From contig MEWB01000001.1 in NCBI GenBank assembly GCA_001773215.1, positions 5,964 to 69,963 on the forward strand: a stretch of 64,000 nucleotides of DNA, read 5' to 3'. Below the pieces are notes generated by a model that ran no database searches, had not been told where the DNA came from, and was given only the letters and a program-made list of their open reading frames with translations. Positions 62,127-64,000 of this stretch are shown here, one piece after another (position 1 is the first letter of the stretch; each line of letters opens with the position of its first letter). A program made the translations under genes and the position numbers. The DNA is from a candidate division WWE3 bacterium RIFOXYC1_FULL_40_10 (GTDB lineage: Bacteria; Patescibacteriota; WWE3; UBA101185; UBA10185).

Positions 62127-62706
62127 TCAAGTATCCCAAGGGACTTCGTTGAAAGTGGCCGGCGCGGGATCATTCCCATTGCCATCGCAACGTAGCCCCC
62201 TAAAAAGGAGGTCCGAATGCACAATAAGGTGTATTTCGGCTTTCGTTTAGGATAAGGCCAAGTAAGCCTAAAGCTGTCTATTAGCCAACCGTAGGCGAAC
62301 AGCTAACATACCAGTCGCGGAGGAACCCAACGGTCGTTATATTGGAAATACCAAAACCGACCGAGGCAGACTGGTGGCTTACGCCCTCCCGGCCAAAGAG
62401 CGCACAAAAGTGCGTACGGGTAGGGGTGAAGTGACTGCATTCAAATGCAATGCAGAAGTACGGAAATGCTCATGACGGCCACTCGGCTTCGCCACGTGGC
62501 TTCAACCAAGAATGCGCAATAGATCTGGCCTAAACGCCTGCGCACAGAAAGGAGATAGTCATGAAGGATCGTAAATAGGACGCCTGGGAGTTTGAAGTTC
62601 TCTTACTTATTGAACTACAACCAGAGAACTAAAACTTCAAGGTGTCCCCACAATGTGAAAACAACTTCATAGCCCCGAGCAATCCAAGCCCGGGGCGATT
62701 TTTTTT
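62127..62706 (+). ncRNA. rnpB: structured ncRNA, probably RNase P RNA
   Basis: 580-nt promoter-to-terminator unit with no ORF of 60 aa or more on either strand. GGUAGGGGUGAAG resembles RNase P CR-III (GGUAAGGGUGAAA) followed by a P12-like hairpin. ACAGAAAGGAG resembles CR-V (ACAGAANCCGG). AGGAGGUCCGAAUGC resembles CR-I (AGGAAAGUCCGGGCUCC). Terminator hairpin 62673..62706. Confidence 0.45.
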
Positions 62707-62743
62707 AATCCCAAATTCATCTTCCCCGTGTTATCATCAAAAT

Positions 62744-64000
62744 ATGCCGAAATTAAAGAAAATCTATATATGCCAATCATGTGCATATCAAACCTCTCAG
62801 TGGGTAGGGCAATGTCCGCAATGTAACGAATGGAATACTTTTTCCGAAGACGTTATTGACGTAAGTTCCTCAAATTCTTCCGGTAGAAAAGCTCAATTTA
62901 ACCCCTCAAAAATTGTTAAATTATCTCAGGTAAAAAAAGAAAACATTCAAAGAGTCTCGTCTAATATTACAGAATTTGACAGAGTGTTGGGAGGAGGTTT
63001 TGTACCCGGCCAGGTAATTTTGTTAGCAGGAGATCCGGGTATAGGAAAAAGTACGCTACTTACGCAAATATGTAGTTCTGTGAGTATGCCGATACTGTAT
63101 GTTTGCGGAGAAGAAAGCCCGGAACAAATAAAGCTGAGAACCACCAGAGTGGGGTATAAGGGTGACAATCTCAATCTATTATCCGAAACAAATATCGACC
63201 AAGTATTAGCAGCAATCCATTCGTTAAGTGACTTGAAGCTGGTTATTGTAGATTCAATTCAAACCCTGTATTCGCCGGAAATTGGTGGAATGGCAGGTGC
63301 AATTAGCCAAATTAAAGGATGTACACAAATACTGACAAGCACTGCCAAGGACTTAGGTGTCCCAATAATTTTGGTAGGACATGTTACCAAGGAAGGTGCT
63401 GTTGCCGGACCTAAAATCTTGGAGCATATGGTGGATACTGTTCTTCAACTTGAGGGAGATTCTCAACATATGTATCGCACGCTTCGTACAAGCAAAAATA
63501 GGTTTGGTCCGGTTTCCGAGGTCGGAATTTTCGAAATGCAGGAGAAGGGGATGATTGAGGTCACAAACCCCTCAGAGTTATTTCTAGAGCAGAGACTACC
63601 TAAAACATCGGGATCAGTAGTCACAGTCGTTATGGAGGGTCACAGGCCTATCTTATTCGAGGTCCAGGCCTTAACAACGAAAACCAGTTTCGGCTACCCG
63701 CGGAGAACTACCAGTGGGTACAATAACAACAGATTGCAAGTTATCTTGGCTATTTTACAAAAAAGAGCGGGAATTGATACCTCAAGCCATGATGTATATG
63801 TGAGTGTGGCAGGAGGTTTTAAAATATCGGAATACTCATCTGATTTGGCTGTGTGTTTAGCAGTAGCATCTTCGCTTTTAGACAAACCTATTAAGGAAAA
63901 TAGCGTTGTATTCGGAGAGTGCGGGCTTAACGGGGAAATTAGGAGAGTTTCTCAGATGGAGAAGAGAATAGCGGAAGCTAAGAAACTTGGTTATAAAAAT
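62744..64000 (+). CDS. radA: DNA repair protein RadA/Sms (3' end beyond window)
   Basis: N-terminal C4 zinc finger (CQSCAYQTSQWVGQCPQCNEW), RecA-like Walker A GDPGIGKST, KNRFG motif, Lon-like C-terminal domain. No stop before the window end. Confidence 0.85.
   Translation, partial: MPKLKKIYICQSCAYQTSQWVGQCPQCNEWNTFSEDVIDVSSSNSSGRKAQFNPSKIVKLSQVKKENIQRVSSNITEFDRVLGGGFVPGQVILLAGDPGIGKSTLLTQICSSVSMPILYVCGEESPEQIKLRTTRVGYKGDNLNLLSETNIDQVLAAIHSLSDLKLVIVDSIQTLYSPEIGGMAGAISQIKGCTQILTSTAKDLGVPIILVGHVTKEGAVAGPKILEHMVDTVLQLEGDSQHMYRTLRTSKNRFGPVSEVGIFEMQEKGMIEVTNPSELFLEQRLPKTSGSVVTVVMEGHRPILFEVQALTTKTSFGYPRRTTSGYNNNRLQVILAILQKRAGIDTSSHDVYVSVAGGFKISEYSSDLAVCLAVASSLLDKPIKENSVVFGECGLNGEIRRVSQMEKRIAEAKKLGYKN

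Noticed and set aside
62091-62706. tmRNA (ssrA) as the identity of the ORF-free RNA locus
   Set aside because: There is no tRNA-like 3' end (T-arm GGTTCGAATCC...CCA) and no ANDENYALAA-type tag reading frame. The motifs fit RNase P better, though neither call is certain.

Overview
The window is 64 kb of a low-GC (about 40%), gene-dense bacterial chromosome. Features below that point to a Candidate Phyla Radiation / Patescibacteria-like lineage (inference only): a short 16S lacking the V3 helix and divergent at the universal 515 site, unlinked rRNA genes, an ATP-dependent DNA ligase, and many small membrane and hypothetical proteins.

Recognisable content, in order:
- SufU-like Fe-S scaffold, HPF, and a tRNA carrying a TAT anticodon.
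- Three hypothetical genes plus a XerD-like tyrosine recombinase, forming an integrase-associated islet.
- FtsB-like protein, initiator tRNA-fMet (C1:A72), GT2, tRNA-Met(CAT), TrpRS, FtsH.
- Small membrane-protein operons, one preceded by an orphan strong promoter and two terminator-like hairpins.
- 5'-3' exonuclease, endonuclease III, DsbA-like protein, 2-hydroxyacid dehydrogenase, and an FG-GAP repeat protein.
- A pentose-phosphate/glycolysis cluster: fba, PfkB kinase, split transketolase, rpe, rpiB.
- Lgt, ATP-dependent DNA ligase, Fic-like protein, RecF, Fpg, GT4, CaCA antiporter, MnmA.
- A secreted BNR-propeller/M23 peptidase, and a BpsA-like aminopropyltransferase fused to an AdoMetDC domain.
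- 16S rRNA, then about 8 kb of protein genes and an opposite-strand tRNA-Ile(GAT). These include a Cys-rich secreted peptide cluster, YvcK, GT2 and rmlCDB.
- tRNA-Ala(TGC), 23S and 5S rRNA, then S1, a ClpC-like ATPase with a degenerate D1, a roughly 580-nt ORF-free transcribed region (probably RNase P RNA), and a partial radA.

No CRISPR array, transposase or reverse transcriptase was seen.

The most unusual signals are these:
- A 20-bp perfect palindrome inserted into partial tRNA duplicates at two loci about 53 kb apart.
- A recurring pattern of stable-RNA genes (tRNA-Ile, tRNA-Ala, 5S) followed by a short spacer and a direct repeat of their own 3' end. One spacer carries a 70%-GC foreign segment.
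- The unlinked rRNA arrangement with a peptide/HExxH cluster between 16S and 23S.
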